Source: Vicinamibacteria bacterium (GTDB lineage: Bacteria; Acidobacteriota; Vicinamibacteria; Marinacidobacterales; Marinacidobacteraceae). Taken from it: a stretch of 64,000 nucleotides of DNA. Below, one piece after another: positions 38,551-47,601 of the stretch (the first letter of the stretch is position 1; the number at the start of each line of letters is the position of its first letter). The notes beneath the pieces are model-generated. The model searched no databases and was not told the origin of the DNA. It saw only the letters and a list, made by a program, of their open reading frames with translations. Location: the NCBI GenBank assembly GCA_963555995.3, contig OY821641.1, positions 2,464,001-2,528,000 of the forward strand, read 5' to 3'. Made by a program: the position numbers and the translations under genes.

Positions 38551-40177
38551 GGGCGGTCACCCGATCCACCTCGGAGAGGGTGGTCGCCCCGCGCGCCACG
38601 AGTTCGAGGGCGTTCCGGCGCAGCGGGACCATCCCCTCCGATTCCGCCTGCGCGCGGATCGCGCCCGCACCCCCGCGCACGAGGATCAGTTCCCGGATGG
38701 ACGCGCTGAGCGGCAGGACCTCGGCGACCACGGTCCGCCCCCGGTACCCCGCTCCGTCGCACTTCCGGCAGCCGCGCGGCTGGAAGACCTGGTCGGAGGG
38801 AGACGGGAACACCGAGAGGGCCGTCCGTTCCGCCGCGCCGGGCGGGCCCGGCTCGCGGCACTCACGGCAGAGCACCCGGACCAGGCGCTGGGCGACGATG
38901 CAGTTCAGGGCGGAGACGAAGTTGTGGGGGTCGGCGCCCATGTGCAGGAAGCGTCCGACCACGTCGAGCGCGTGGTTGGCGTGAACCGTGGTAAGGACGA
39001 GATGGCCGGTGAGGGCCGCCTGCACCGCGATGGAGGCCGTCTCCGGATCCCGGACCTCACCCACCATGATGGTGTCCGGGTCGTGCCGCAGGATGGAGCG
39101 CAGGCCGCGGGCGAACGTGAGGCCCTTCTTCTCGTTCACCGGGACCTGGGTGACTCCGGCGATCTCGTACTCGACGGGGTCCTCCACGGTCACGATCTTC
39201 TCCTCCGGAGTCGCGATCTCGGAGAGGGCCGCGTAGAGGGTCGTCGTCTTGCCGCTTCCGGTGGGGCCGGTGGCAAGCAGCATCCCGAAGGGACGGCGCG
39301 CGTGCTCGCGGAGGAGTCCCAGTTCCCGGCCCGAGAAACCGAGCGCCTCGAGGGAGAGCGCCTCGAAGCGGGTTCCCAGGCTGCGCTTGTCGAGCACCCG
39401 GATCACCACGTCTTCGCCGTGCACGCTGGGCATGACGGAAACGCGGAAGTCCACGGTCCGCGGGGTGCGCTCGCTCCCTCCGGGAAGCACTGCCCGGAAC
39501 CGTCCGTCCTGCGGGACACGCCGCTCCGCGACGTCGAGCTCCGCCATCACCTTGAGCCGCGCCACGATGGTCTGGTGGTGGGCGCGGTCCACCGGCTCCA
39601 TCGCCGGATAGAGCACGCCATCCACCCGGTACTTCAGCACCACCTCCCCGGACTTGGTCTCGATGTGGATGTCGGTGGCGCGCCGCTCGATGGCGTTCAG
39701 GAGCAGCGAGTCCACGAGCCGGACCACGGGGCTCCCGGTCCGGGAGTCTTCGAGCGCGTCGAGCGAGATCACGGGCGGGCCGGAGTCCCCGTCACCCCGC
39801 CCGAGGCGCTCGATGCGAAGGTCCTCCGACGCGCGGTCCAGCAGGAAGCTGGAGTCCGTGTTCCGCTCGATGATCGCGTCGATCTGCGCCGGATCGCCCA
39901 CGTGGACGACCACCGGGCGCCGGAGCAGCAGCTCCAGCCGGTCCACCTCGGACTCGACGACCGGAGGCGCCACGACGATGGAGAGACGCTCGCCGTCCTC
40001 GGCCAGCGGAACGAAACGGTGGCGCCGCACCAGTTCCATGGGAACGCTGCGCCAGAGCGCGGGATCGTCCCGATATCCCGCGAGGTCGGCCGCGGGGTAA
40101 AGCGGAGACGACGGCTCCGATGCTCGCGCCGCCCGGCCTCTGGTCAACGGATCCATCCCCTGGTCTCGGAACTCCAT
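38540..40177 (-). CDS. GspE/PilB family secretion/pilus assembly ATPase
   Basis: DIHIE, ERRVPQDGRF, GPTGSGKTTTLY, VEDPVE, LRHDPD, ALTGHLV, two CxxC; start uncertain (40156-40243). Confidence 0.93.
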   Translation of the reverse strand: MEFRDQGMDPLTRGRAARASEPSSPLYPAADLAGYRDDPALWRSVPMELVRRHRFVPLAEDGERLSIVVAPPVVESEVDRLELLLRRPVVVHVGDPAQIDAIIERNTDSSFLLDRASEDLRIERLGRGDGDSGPPVISLDALEDSRTGSPVVRLVDSLLLNAIERRATDIHIETKSGEVVLKYRVDGVLYPAMEPVDRAHHQTIVARLKVMAELDVAERRVPQDGRFRAVLPGGSERTPRTVDFRVSVMPSVHGEDVVIRVLDKRSLGTRFEALSLEALGFSGRELGLLREHARRPFGMLLATGPTGSGKTTTLYAALSEIATPEEKIVTVEDPVEYEIAGVTQVPVNEKKGLTFARGLRSILRHDPDTIMVGEVRDPETASIAVQAALTGHLVLTTVHANHALDVVGRFLHMGADPHNFVSALNCIVAQRLVRVLCRECREPGPPGAAERTALSVFPSPSDQVFQPRGCRKCDGAGYRGRTVVAEVLPLSASIRELILVRGGAGAIRAQAESEGMVPLRRNALELVARGATTLSEVDRVTARDA

Positions 40178-40300
40178 CGTCTTCGATGGACAGCGAACGG
40201 ATAACCGCCCGGGGGCGTTCCGCGCAACCGCGACCGTTCGCAACCGCGGCGGGAGACTACCGGGGCCGCCGCGCCGGCGGGCCCTCGCTCCGGAAGGCTG

Positions 40301-40576
40301 CTAGTCGCAGCAGTCGGCCTGGAAGGGTTTGGAGACCTTGCAGCGGACCACGTTCCGCGCCGGGATCTCGATGGCCTCGCCCGTACGGACGTTGCGGCCC
40401 ATCCTCGCTTCCCGGTGGGCAACCGAAAACTTGGCGATTCCCGGAAGCACGAAATCGTTGCCGGCGCGCAACTCCTCGATCGCCAGATCACGCAGTCCGT
40501 TGAGGACCTCACCAGCTTCGCGACGACTGATTTGAGCATGGTCTGCCAGGGTCGTTACGAGTTCCACCTTGGTCAT
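40301..40576 (-). CDS. hup: HU family DNA-binding protein
   Basis: MTKVELV, LPGIAKF, GRNVRTGEAIEIPA; AAAGGA SD. Confidence 0.9.
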   Translation of the reverse strand: MTKVELVTTLADHAQISRREAGEVLNGLRDLAIEELRAGNDFVLPGIAKFSVAHREARMGRNVRTGEAIEIPARNVVRCKVSKPFQADCCD

Positions 40577-40737
40577 TGTCGATCTGGTTCCTTTCTTTGC
40601 CCAAGCGGGGTTGGTGCGCTCCACCACTCGATCATGAGCGGCTCGGAGCGCGCGACGCTCCGCAGCGTATCACAGGCCCGCGTGTGCATCGTCCGACAAA
40701 ATTGAGCTTTTCTTGCGCCTGTTGCGGAGCTTTGTCA

Positions 40738-40918
40738 ACAACCGGTGATGAAGCCCACGTGAGCGCCGAGTCGGGTGAGGCGCCCGGCTGACAGGGCGCG
40801 TGAGAAAGGAATACCGGGTGTATTCCGACCGAAACGCAACGCGGCGCGCATCGCAGCGGCGCGGTTCAGACGGGATGCATCGCCCGTCGAACGCCGCGTG
40901 GGTCTTGCCACCGGCCGT
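40738..40918 (-). mobile_element. MITE-like copy F (181 bp) starting in the amidohydrolase stop codon
   Basis: Minus strand TA-ACGGCCGGTGGCAAGACCCACG...CGTGGGCTTCATCACCGGTTGT; same core. Confidence 0.8.
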
Positions 40919-43900
40919 TAGAACCCAAGGAGCTGGTCCAGCGTCGCCAGCCGCCCGTTCGCGACGACCGCCCGCACCCGCCGCAGGTTCGAGATGTCTT
41001 CGAGCGGATTGCCCTCGAGCAGCACCAGATCGGCGAGGGCCCCCGGCGCGATGACACCCAGCTCCCCGGCCAGCCCCAGCGCTTCCGCGGCGGTCACGGT
41101 GGCGGCCCGAAGCGCTCCCGCGGGCCCGAGCCCCGCCTCCGACAACTGTTCGACCTCGACGATGAACCCGAGCCCGTAGGGAACGATCGGGGTGTCCGTC
41201 CCCGCGATGATGCGGCCGCCGGCATCCGCGATCGAGGTGACCGTTTCCCACATGGGGCGCATCAAGGCGAGGCCGCGCGCGACCTGCGCCTCGCGGTCGT
41301 CCGCGGGCTCGCGTGGCGCGCTGAGCGAGGAAGCGAGCCAGGCGGGAAACGCCCGGATCCGGCGGTCGGAGGAAACGAGATCGGGCTCGCGGGCGAGCGC
41401 CAGGTCCCAGCCGCCGTAGATGAGCATGGTCGGCGTGAAGAACACTCCCGACGCGGCGATCAGGGTCCGGACATCCTGGTAGGAACGGCCGAGGTCGGTC
41501 ATCTTCGGCGAGAAGCCCCGCCGCGACGTGCCCTTGACGTGTTCGAGGCCGTTCACCCCGTAGCGGACCGCCGGATAGAGCTCGTGGGAGGTCACGAAGG
41601 CGCCGAAGCGCTGGGCGCGGCGGATGGCGTCCCGCTGGGATTCGTCGTCGAGCCGGACGTACGTCTTGACGACGTCGAAGTCGAGCTCCCGCGCGAGCCG
41701 CAGCAGCACGTCGCGCTCCTGCGCGCTCCCGAGCGCCGCGGCGCCCGGGTAGTAGATCCGCGTCCCGTCGAGCGTGCCGCCCGTCAGGAAGATCCGGGGA
41801 CCCACGCGGAGACCGGCCAGGATGGACTCCCGTTCCTCGAGCGTCCGGTAGGTGGCCGCCGCGGGGATCCGCACCGAGGTCACGCCGTAGGCGAGGTGCG
41901 CGCGCCCGAAGCGGTTCCCGAAGGCGGGGGTCATCGGATGGGTGTGCATCTCGATGAGCCCGGGGATCAGCGTGGCCCCCTCGCCGTTCACGACCCGCAG
42001 CTCCTCCGGGAGCGGGTCGCCGGCCGGGGTCACCGAGACGATCCGGCCCGTCTCGATCAGGACGTCCTGACCGGGCGCGACCTCGCCCTTCTCCACGTCC
42101 AGGATCCCGACGTCGTGAATCAGCAGCGTGCCCGACGGCGGCGCGAGCGGGAAGTCGTGGCGCAGGCGGATGGCCGCGGAACCGCTGCCGTCCGCCTCGA
42201 TGCGCAGGACCTCCGTGCCGGACACGGCCACGATCGCGGCCCCGTCCGGCGTCCAGGAGGGGAAGTCCACCGGCCCCTCGAAGATGGTCTCGGGAGGCCC
42301 CGCGGGCGCACCCGCCGCGTCGAGCCGCAGGACGGCCAGCCCCCCGCCCAGAGCGAAGGCGAGCCGGCTCCCGTCCGGCGAGAACACCGGTCCGTCGGAG
42401 TCGCGCGTGCCGAAACTGGCCGCGGGCTCGTCGAGGAACCGGGTCTCCCCGCTGGTCGCGGCGACGAGCGCGATCCGGTTCCGCCCCTCGCGGTAGCGGG
42501 AGGAATACGGGACCAGGCTCGCGAGCGCGATGGTCTCGCCGTCGGGCGACCAACTCGGCATCCCCGCGCCTCGCCGCGCGGTGTACACGGCCCGTTCCTC
42601 CTGCGCGGCGTCGGGACCCGTGTCCAGGTCGCGGCTCGTCACCCGGAGGTCTCCCCGTTCGTCGAGCCAGGCGATCCGGGCGCCGTCGCGGGTCACCGCC
42701 GGGCTCACCTCGGCGCCGAGCCGGGCGGTGAGCTGGGTGAGTCCCGCGCCGGGTCCCGAACCGAGCCGTTTCTCCCAGATGTCCATCGTCCCGCCGCGGT
42801 CACTCGCGAAGAGCACGCTCGCTCCGTCGGGCAGCCACACCGGGTCGGTGTCGAGCCAGGTGTCGCGGGTCAGCGGCAGCGGCGCCTCCGAACCGTCGAG
42901 CGGGGCGGTCCAGATGTCCCCGAGGGCGGCGTAGAGCAGCCGGGTACCGTCCGGGCTGATGCTCGGCCGCACGATCCCCCGGACCGGAAGCGTCTCCTCC
43001 GACTCGGTGCGGATCCTGCCGCGACGCTCCGGCGGATGGCGGATGCCCAGCCCGGCCGACATCGGAACGGGTTCGGCGGCCGGCGCGGCGCTCTCCGCCC
43101 CTTCGGCGCCCTCCGGGGGAGGCCCCACCCCGAGCCGCCGGATGCCGCCGTCGGCTGTATAGAGCAGGGTCTCGCCGTCCAGCCACTGGGGCCGGAAGGG
43201 GAACAGGTCCTGGCCCGCCCCGGCGAGGACTCGCGGCGCGGTTCGCTCGTCTTCGTCCGCCGGGTCGGACCCCTCCGCCGCCGCGAGGGGCGCGAGCACC
43301 CACGCGCTCGCGGTGCCGATGTCGAAGCGGCTTCCCATCAGGGTTAGGCCCTCGTACTGGAGGCGCCGGAACACCACCTGCGATCCGTCCGGACTCACCG
43401 CCGGGGCGGCGACGTTCCCCTCGCTTCCGGGCAGGGCGGCGGGAACCGCGCCGGCTTCCAGCGAGACCCGGTGCACCGCCCCGTCCGCCTCCCCCTCGGG
43501 AGTCGCGACGAAGACGATCCCCTCACCGTCCGGGGTCCAGGCGGGCTGGGACTCGTTGCCGAGGGTGCTGGTGACCGGCGTCACCTCTCCGGTCGCCACG
43601 TCCAGGATCCAGATGTCGTAGCTCCCCGCGCGATCCGAGGAGAAGGCGATCCGGGCCCCGTCGGGAGACCACGCGGGCTCGCGGTCATCGAAGTCGGTCC
43701 TGGTGAGCTGCTCGGGCTGCCCTTCGAGGGCCAGTTGCCAGATGTCCCAGGTCCCCGCCCGGTACGACTGGTACGCCACCCGGCCGCCCTCGGGATGGAA
43801 GTCGGGTAGCCGGTCGTCGCCGAGACCATCGGTCAGCGCCTCGGCGGAACCGCCCGCCGCCGGCAGCAGCCACAGGGTCCCCTGCAGGTCCATCACCAGT

Positions 43901-44031
43901 TGCTCGCCGTCCGGCGAGACGGCGACGGCGAAGTTGGTGCCCTCCGTCACCCGGACCATCCGCTCGGCAGTCTCCTGAGCCCCGGCGGGGGCAACGCCGC
44001 AGGCGAGCAGAAGGAGCGGCAGGCGCCTCAT
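40918..44031 (-). CDS. Secreted TolB-like (PD40) beta-propeller + amidohydrolase protein
   Basis: Signal peptide MRRLPLLLLACGVAPAGA, many P.WSPDG repeats, PGLIEMHTH, AGTD, PGALADLV. Confidence 0.9.
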   Translation of the reverse strand: MRRLPLLLLACGVAPAGAQETAERMVRVTEGTNFAVAVSPDGEQLVMDLQGTLWLLPAAGGSAEALTDGLGDDRLPDFHPEGGRVAYQSYRAGTWDIWQLALEGQPEQLTRTDFDDREPAWSPDGARIAFSSDRAGSYDIWILDVATGEVTPVTSTLGNESQPAWTPDGEGIVFVATPEGEADGAVHRVSLEAGAVPAALPGSEGNVAAPAVSPDGSQVVFRRLQYEGLTLMGSRFDIGTASAWVLAPLAAAEGSDPADEDERTAPRVLAGAGQDLFPFRPQWLDGETLLYTADGGIRRLGVGPPPEGAEGAESAAPAAEPVPMSAGLGIRHPPERRGRIRTESEETLPVRGIVRPSISPDGTRLLYAALGDIWTAPLDGSEAPLPLTRDTWLDTDPVWLPDGASVLFASDRGGTMDIWEKRLGSGPGAGLTQLTARLGAEVSPAVTRDGARIAWLDERGDLRVTSRDLDTGPDAAQEERAVYTARRGAGMPSWSPDGETIALASLVPYSSRYREGRNRIALVAATSGETRFLDEPAASFGTRDSDGPVFSPDGSRLAFALGGGLAVLRLDAAGAPAGPPETIFEGPVDFPSWTPDGAAIVAVSGTEVLRIEADGSGSAAIRLRHDFPLAPPSGTLLIHDVGILDVEKGEVAPGQDVLIETGRIVSVTPAGDPLPEELRVVNGEGATLIPGLIEMHTHPMTPAFGNRFGRAHLAYGVTSVRIPAAATYRTLEERESILAGLRVGPRIFLTGGTLDGTRIYYPGAAALGSAQERDVLLRLARELDFDVVKTYVRLDDESQRDAIRRAQRFGAFVTSHELYPAVRYGVNGLEHVKGTSRRGFSPKMTDLGRSYQDVRTLIAASGVFFTPTMLIYGGWDLALAREPDLVSSDRRIRAFPAWLASSLSAPREPADDREAQVARGLALMRPMWETVTSIADAGGRIIAGTDTPIVPYGLGFIVEVEQLSEAGLGPAGALRAATVTAAEALGLAGELGVIAPGALADLVLLEGNPLEDISNLRRVRAVVANGRLATLDQLLGF

Positions 44032-44082
44032 CGCCGCCGATCCTAACGCTTCGGGATTGCCCGGAAGCAGGGACCGCCGGCT

Positions 44083-44239
44083 TGGAACGCCGGCTTCAGC
44101 CGGCACCCGCCGTGCGCAGCGCAGCGCGTGGCACGACGTTGACCTGCCCGATGACGCTCGGCTCGGGTCCATCACCGCGACTGGCGGCACGACATCCACG
44201 GGTCGGCGGCCCGCTTTGCCGGCTGAAGCCGGCGTTCCA
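44083..44239. repeat. REPIN-like inverted REP doublet (variant TGGAACGCCGGCTTCAGCCGGCA)
   Basis: Perfect 23-bp inverted pair at 44083-44105 and 44217-44239. Confidence 0.8.
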
Positions 44240-44456
44240 GGCCATTTCGCCATTTTCGTGACCGGCGGGGTGCGCGGGAGGACGCCCCCATGGGTGTTTC
44301 TCAAGGTGGGGACCTCCAAACCGGCGGCGCCTCCTGAACCGACGACAGGAATCGCCGTTTCCGCTGGCCGAAGCGGGCGAAATGGCATAGGGTCTCCGCT
44401 TCCGTCGGCAGCGGTGACCTGGTTCCGGGGACGCGCGCCGGGCTCTAGGCAACCCC

Positions 44457-45044
44457 ATGACCCATCCGATTTCCGTACGAGGCGCGTTCGCGTTGTCCTG
44501 CCTCGTCGGCCTGGCGGCGGCAGCCGCCGCGAACGGGCCCGAGGAGTCCGCGCGCCAGGAGGTCTGGCTGGGCGACCAGCTCGCGGTGAGCTACGCGGCG
44601 CGGATCGAGGCCGACTGGCTCATCGTTGACGTGCGGCATGAGCCGGGTTGGCACACCTACTCGATGGACAACGTGCTGCGCGCCGCCGAGGTGACCGGGA
44701 AGGCCAGGCCCGATACCGAGCTGCCGACCCGCATCACGCCGTCACCCGGGATCGAACTGGCGCCACCCTGGCGGCAGACCGCCCCGACCGAGCTCTCGCA
44801 GCCCGAACTTCGCTGGTACACCTGGGGCTTCGAGGCACGCTCCTTCTTCGCGGCGCGCGTCGTCCGGGCGGATCCGGGAGGCTGGGTCCAGGTGGATGCG
44901 CAGGCGTGTACCGACCGGCTCTGCGCCATGGTGGACGGACTGCGGGTCCCGGTGACGCGGAGCAGCGAACGGACCATCGCTCCCGAGCGCCTCGAGGTGG
45001 TGCGCCATCCGGAGAGTGACGAGGCCGCGGCCGGCTCTCCCTGA
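44457..45044 (+). CDS. Secreted protein with DsbD/ScsB N-terminal-like thiol:disulfide domain
   Basis: Signal peptide, GWHTY and QACTDRLC motifs. Confidence 0.65.
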   Translation: MTHPISVRGAFALSCLVGLAAAAAANGPEESARQEVWLGDQLAVSYAARIEADWLIVDVRHEPGWHTYSMDNVLRAAEVTGKARPDTELPTRITPSPGIELAPPWRQTAPTELSQPELRWYTWGFEARSFFAARVVRADPGGWVQVDAQACTDRLCAMVDGLRVPVTRSSERTIAPERLEVVRHPESDEAAAGSP

Positions 45045-45125
45045 CCGGCGCTCCCCGGCGACGCCCCGCGGGTCTTGCCACCGGCCGTCCGGCTGTCCCG
45101 TGCGCCGGGTATCGTTTCCGGCGGC

Positions 45126-46328
45126 ATGATGTTCTCCCGCTGTCTCCTCCCCTGGACCCATCGTCGCCGCGCGGTCCTGTGCCTGCTCGCGGTCGCGTTC
45201 GCGGGTTGTTCGGCTGCCCCGGATCCCGCACCGCCGCCAACCGTGGCGGAGGCGGCAACGGCCGCCGCCGGCGAGATTCGCCGCGTGATCGAGGATGACG
45301 GACGCGGCGGCGCCGCCTTCGGCATCGTGGTCGCCGGGGAAACGGTCGTCGCCGCAGGCTTCGGCTTCGCCGACACCGAAGGGCGGACACCCGCGCGGGC
45401 CGACCACCTGTACCGGATCGGGTCCATCACGAAGCCGGTCACCGCGATGGCCATGCTGCGGCTCGTCCATCTGGGGGAGGCGCGTTTCGGCGATCCGGTG
45501 ACCGCATTCGTCCCGGAACTCGCGGAGGTCGAAAACCCCTTTTCCTGGACGCCCGGCCCCAGCATCTTCCAGCTCGCGACGATGACCGGCGGGCTCGCCC
45601 GGGAGCCCCGCAACCTTCCGCGCTACCTGGTGGGCGCTCCCCGGGACTGGCTCGACACCGCGCTCCGGGCGCTCGATGAGGTCTCGTTCGAGTACGAACC
45701 CGGAACCCGCTACCAGTACTCCAACATCGGCTACGCGATGCTCGGCGCCGCCGTGGAGCGGGCCGCCGGCGAGCCCTTCATGGATCACGTCAAGGCCAAC
45801 CTCCTGGCTCCGCTCGGGATGGACTCGAGCACCTTCTTCCCGGTCCCGGAGCTTGAAGACCGCATCGCGGAGGGGGGCACCGTGAAGGACGACGGCAGCC
45901 TCGACGCCGAGACGCCGGCGCGGGAACACGCCGGGCGCGGCTACAAGGTGCCGAACGGCGCGCTGTACTCAACGGTCGAAGATCTGGGCGTTTTCCTGCG
46001 TTTCCTGATCGGGACCGGGGGAGAGCCGTTCGACGGGGTGATCCCGGCGAGCGTCCGGCAGGACAACCTGACGAAGGCGTTCGCCACCGGGGACCTGGCG
46101 AGCGGGTACGGGTTCGGATTCATGGCGCGCCGCCTCGACGACGCGGGCGGCCATCCGTTCACGGCCTACGGGCACGGCGGAAGCGTGGCCGGGTACCGGG
46201 CGGCGGCCTGGATCGAGCCGGAAACCGACGCCGCGGTGATCCTGCTCCGGAACGTGGGGGGCGATGGGCTGAACCTGTCGGAGCTGTCGCTCGCGGCGCT
46301 CGCGGAGGTGGTGGCGGCGCTCCGCTGA
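45126..46328 (+). CDS. Serine hydrolase, beta-lactamase class C-like lipoprotein
   Basis: Lipobox FAGC, SITK (SxxK), YSN, HGG. Confidence 0.9.
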   Translation: MMFSRCLLPWTHRRRAVLCLLAVAFAGCSAAPDPAPPPTVAEAATAAAGEIRRVIEDDGRGGAAFGIVVAGETVVAAGFGFADTEGRTPARADHLYRIGSITKPVTAMAMLRLVHLGEARFGDPVTAFVPELAEVENPFSWTPGPSIFQLATMTGGLAREPRNLPRYLVGAPRDWLDTALRALDEVSFEYEPGTRYQYSNIGYAMLGAAVERAAGEPFMDHVKANLLAPLGMDSSTFFPVPELEDRIAEGGTVKDDGSLDAETPAREHAGRGYKVPNGALYSTVEDLGVFLRFLIGTGGEPFDGVIPASVRQDNLTKAFATGDLASGYGFGFMARRLDDAGGHPFTAYGHGGSVAGYRAAAWIEPETDAAVILLRNVGGDGLNLSELSLAALAEVVAALR

Positions 46329-46353
46329 GCCGGGTCTCCGCCGCTACCGAGGA

Positions 46354-47577
46354 GTGCCCCGCCTCCCCCGCATCTCGCTCGCCTGGTGGATCCTCATCGG
46401 GATGGCCGGGGGCGTCGCCCTCGGCCTCGCCGCGCCGCAGTGGGCCGAGCGCATCGAGTTCCTCAGCACCCTGTTCCTGCGGCTGATCCGCTCGATCATC
46501 GCGCCGGTGCTGGTGGGGGTCCTGATCCGGGCGATCGCGGGCGCCGGCTCCATGGGCGCGCTGGGGCGGCTCGGCTGGAAGTCGGTGGTCGCCTTCGAGA
46601 TCGCCACCACCATCGCCCTGCTGCTCGGCTGGTTCAGCGTGGCGGCGACCCGGCCCGGTGACGGCCTGTCGCTCGGCGGAGCGTCCGGGGTCGAGCTTCC
46701 GGAACCGGCCGGGTTCGTGGAGGCGCTGCAAAACGCGGTTCCGACGAGCATCGTGGACGCCTTGGCGCGGGGCGACGTCCTGCAGATCGTGGTGTTCTGC
46801 TTCGTGTTCGGAATCGCCTGCCTCTCGGTGGGCAAGCGAGCCCGGCCGGTGGTGGACTTCGCGGACGCGCTGGCGGAAGTCGCGTTCCGCTACACCGACT
46901 ACGTCATGTACCTGGCGCCCCTGGCGGTGTTCGCCGCGGCCGCGAACGCGATCGCGGGCGGCGGGTCCGCCGGCCTCGAGGGCCTCGCCGCGTTCACGGC
47001 GATCGCCTGGCTGGCGCAGGGGTTTTTCCTCCTCGTGGTGCTGGCGGGAGGCCTGCTCGGCTGCGGCATCCCGCTGCGGCGGTTTGCGCGGCACATGCGC
47101 GAGCCCTTCCTGGTGGGCTTCGCAACGACCTCCAGCGCCGCCGCCCTGCCCCAGACCCTCGAGAACCTGCAGCGGTTCGGGGTGCCGCGGCGCATCCTCG
47201 GCGTGGTCACGCCGCTCAGTCTGAGCCTGAACATGAACGGCAGCACGATCCACCTGGGCATGGCGACCCTGTTCATCGCGCAGGCGGCCGGGGTCGCCCT
47301 CTCCTGGGAGCAGGCGGCGATCATCCTGCTGACGCTGAAGGTGACGAGCAAGGGGGTGGCCGGGATCCCGCGCGCCAACTTCGTGATCCTCGCGGCCGTG
47401 TTCGAGGGGCACGGCCTGCCCATGGAGGGGCTCGGCATCCTGCTCGGGATTGACGCGCTGATTGATCCGATCCGGACGAGCACCAACGTCGCGAGCCACT
47501 GCGCCGCGCCGGCGGTGGTGGCGCGGTGGGAGGACCCCGGGTTCGCGAGGCCGGAGCGGCCGGACGCGACGGGCTGA
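46354..47577 (+). CDS. Dicarboxylate/amino acid:cation symporter (GltP/DctA family)
   Basis: FLRLIRSII, FATTSSAAALP, LNMNGST, SKGVAGIP, DPIRTSTNV; GGAG SD. Confidence 0.92.
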   Translation: MPRLPRISLAWWILIGMAGGVALGLAAPQWAERIEFLSTLFLRLIRSIIAPVLVGVLIRAIAGAGSMGALGRLGWKSVVAFEIATTIALLLGWFSVAATRPGDGLSLGGASGVELPEPAGFVEALQNAVPTSIVDALARGDVLQIVVFCFVFGIACLSVGKRARPVVDFADALAEVAFRYTDYVMYLAPLAVFAAAANAIAGGGSAGLEGLAAFTAIAWLAQGFFLLVVLAGGLLGCGIPLRRFARHMREPFLVGFATTSSAAALPQTLENLQRFGVPRRILGVVTPLSLSLNMNGSTIHLGMATLFIAQAAGVALSWEQAAIILLTLKVTSKGVAGIPRANFVILAAVFEGHGLPMEGLGILLGIDALIDPIRTSTNVASHCAAPAVVARWEDPGFARPERPDATG

Positions 47578-47601
47578 TCCGTCAGCCCGTCCCCGGGGCG
47601 G

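Noticed and set aside
40733-40738. TTGACA formed at the end of MITE copy F as a -35 for hup
   Set aside because: No -10 at 16-18 bp spacing; a separate TGaTACGCT extended -10 near 40665 explains the gene better
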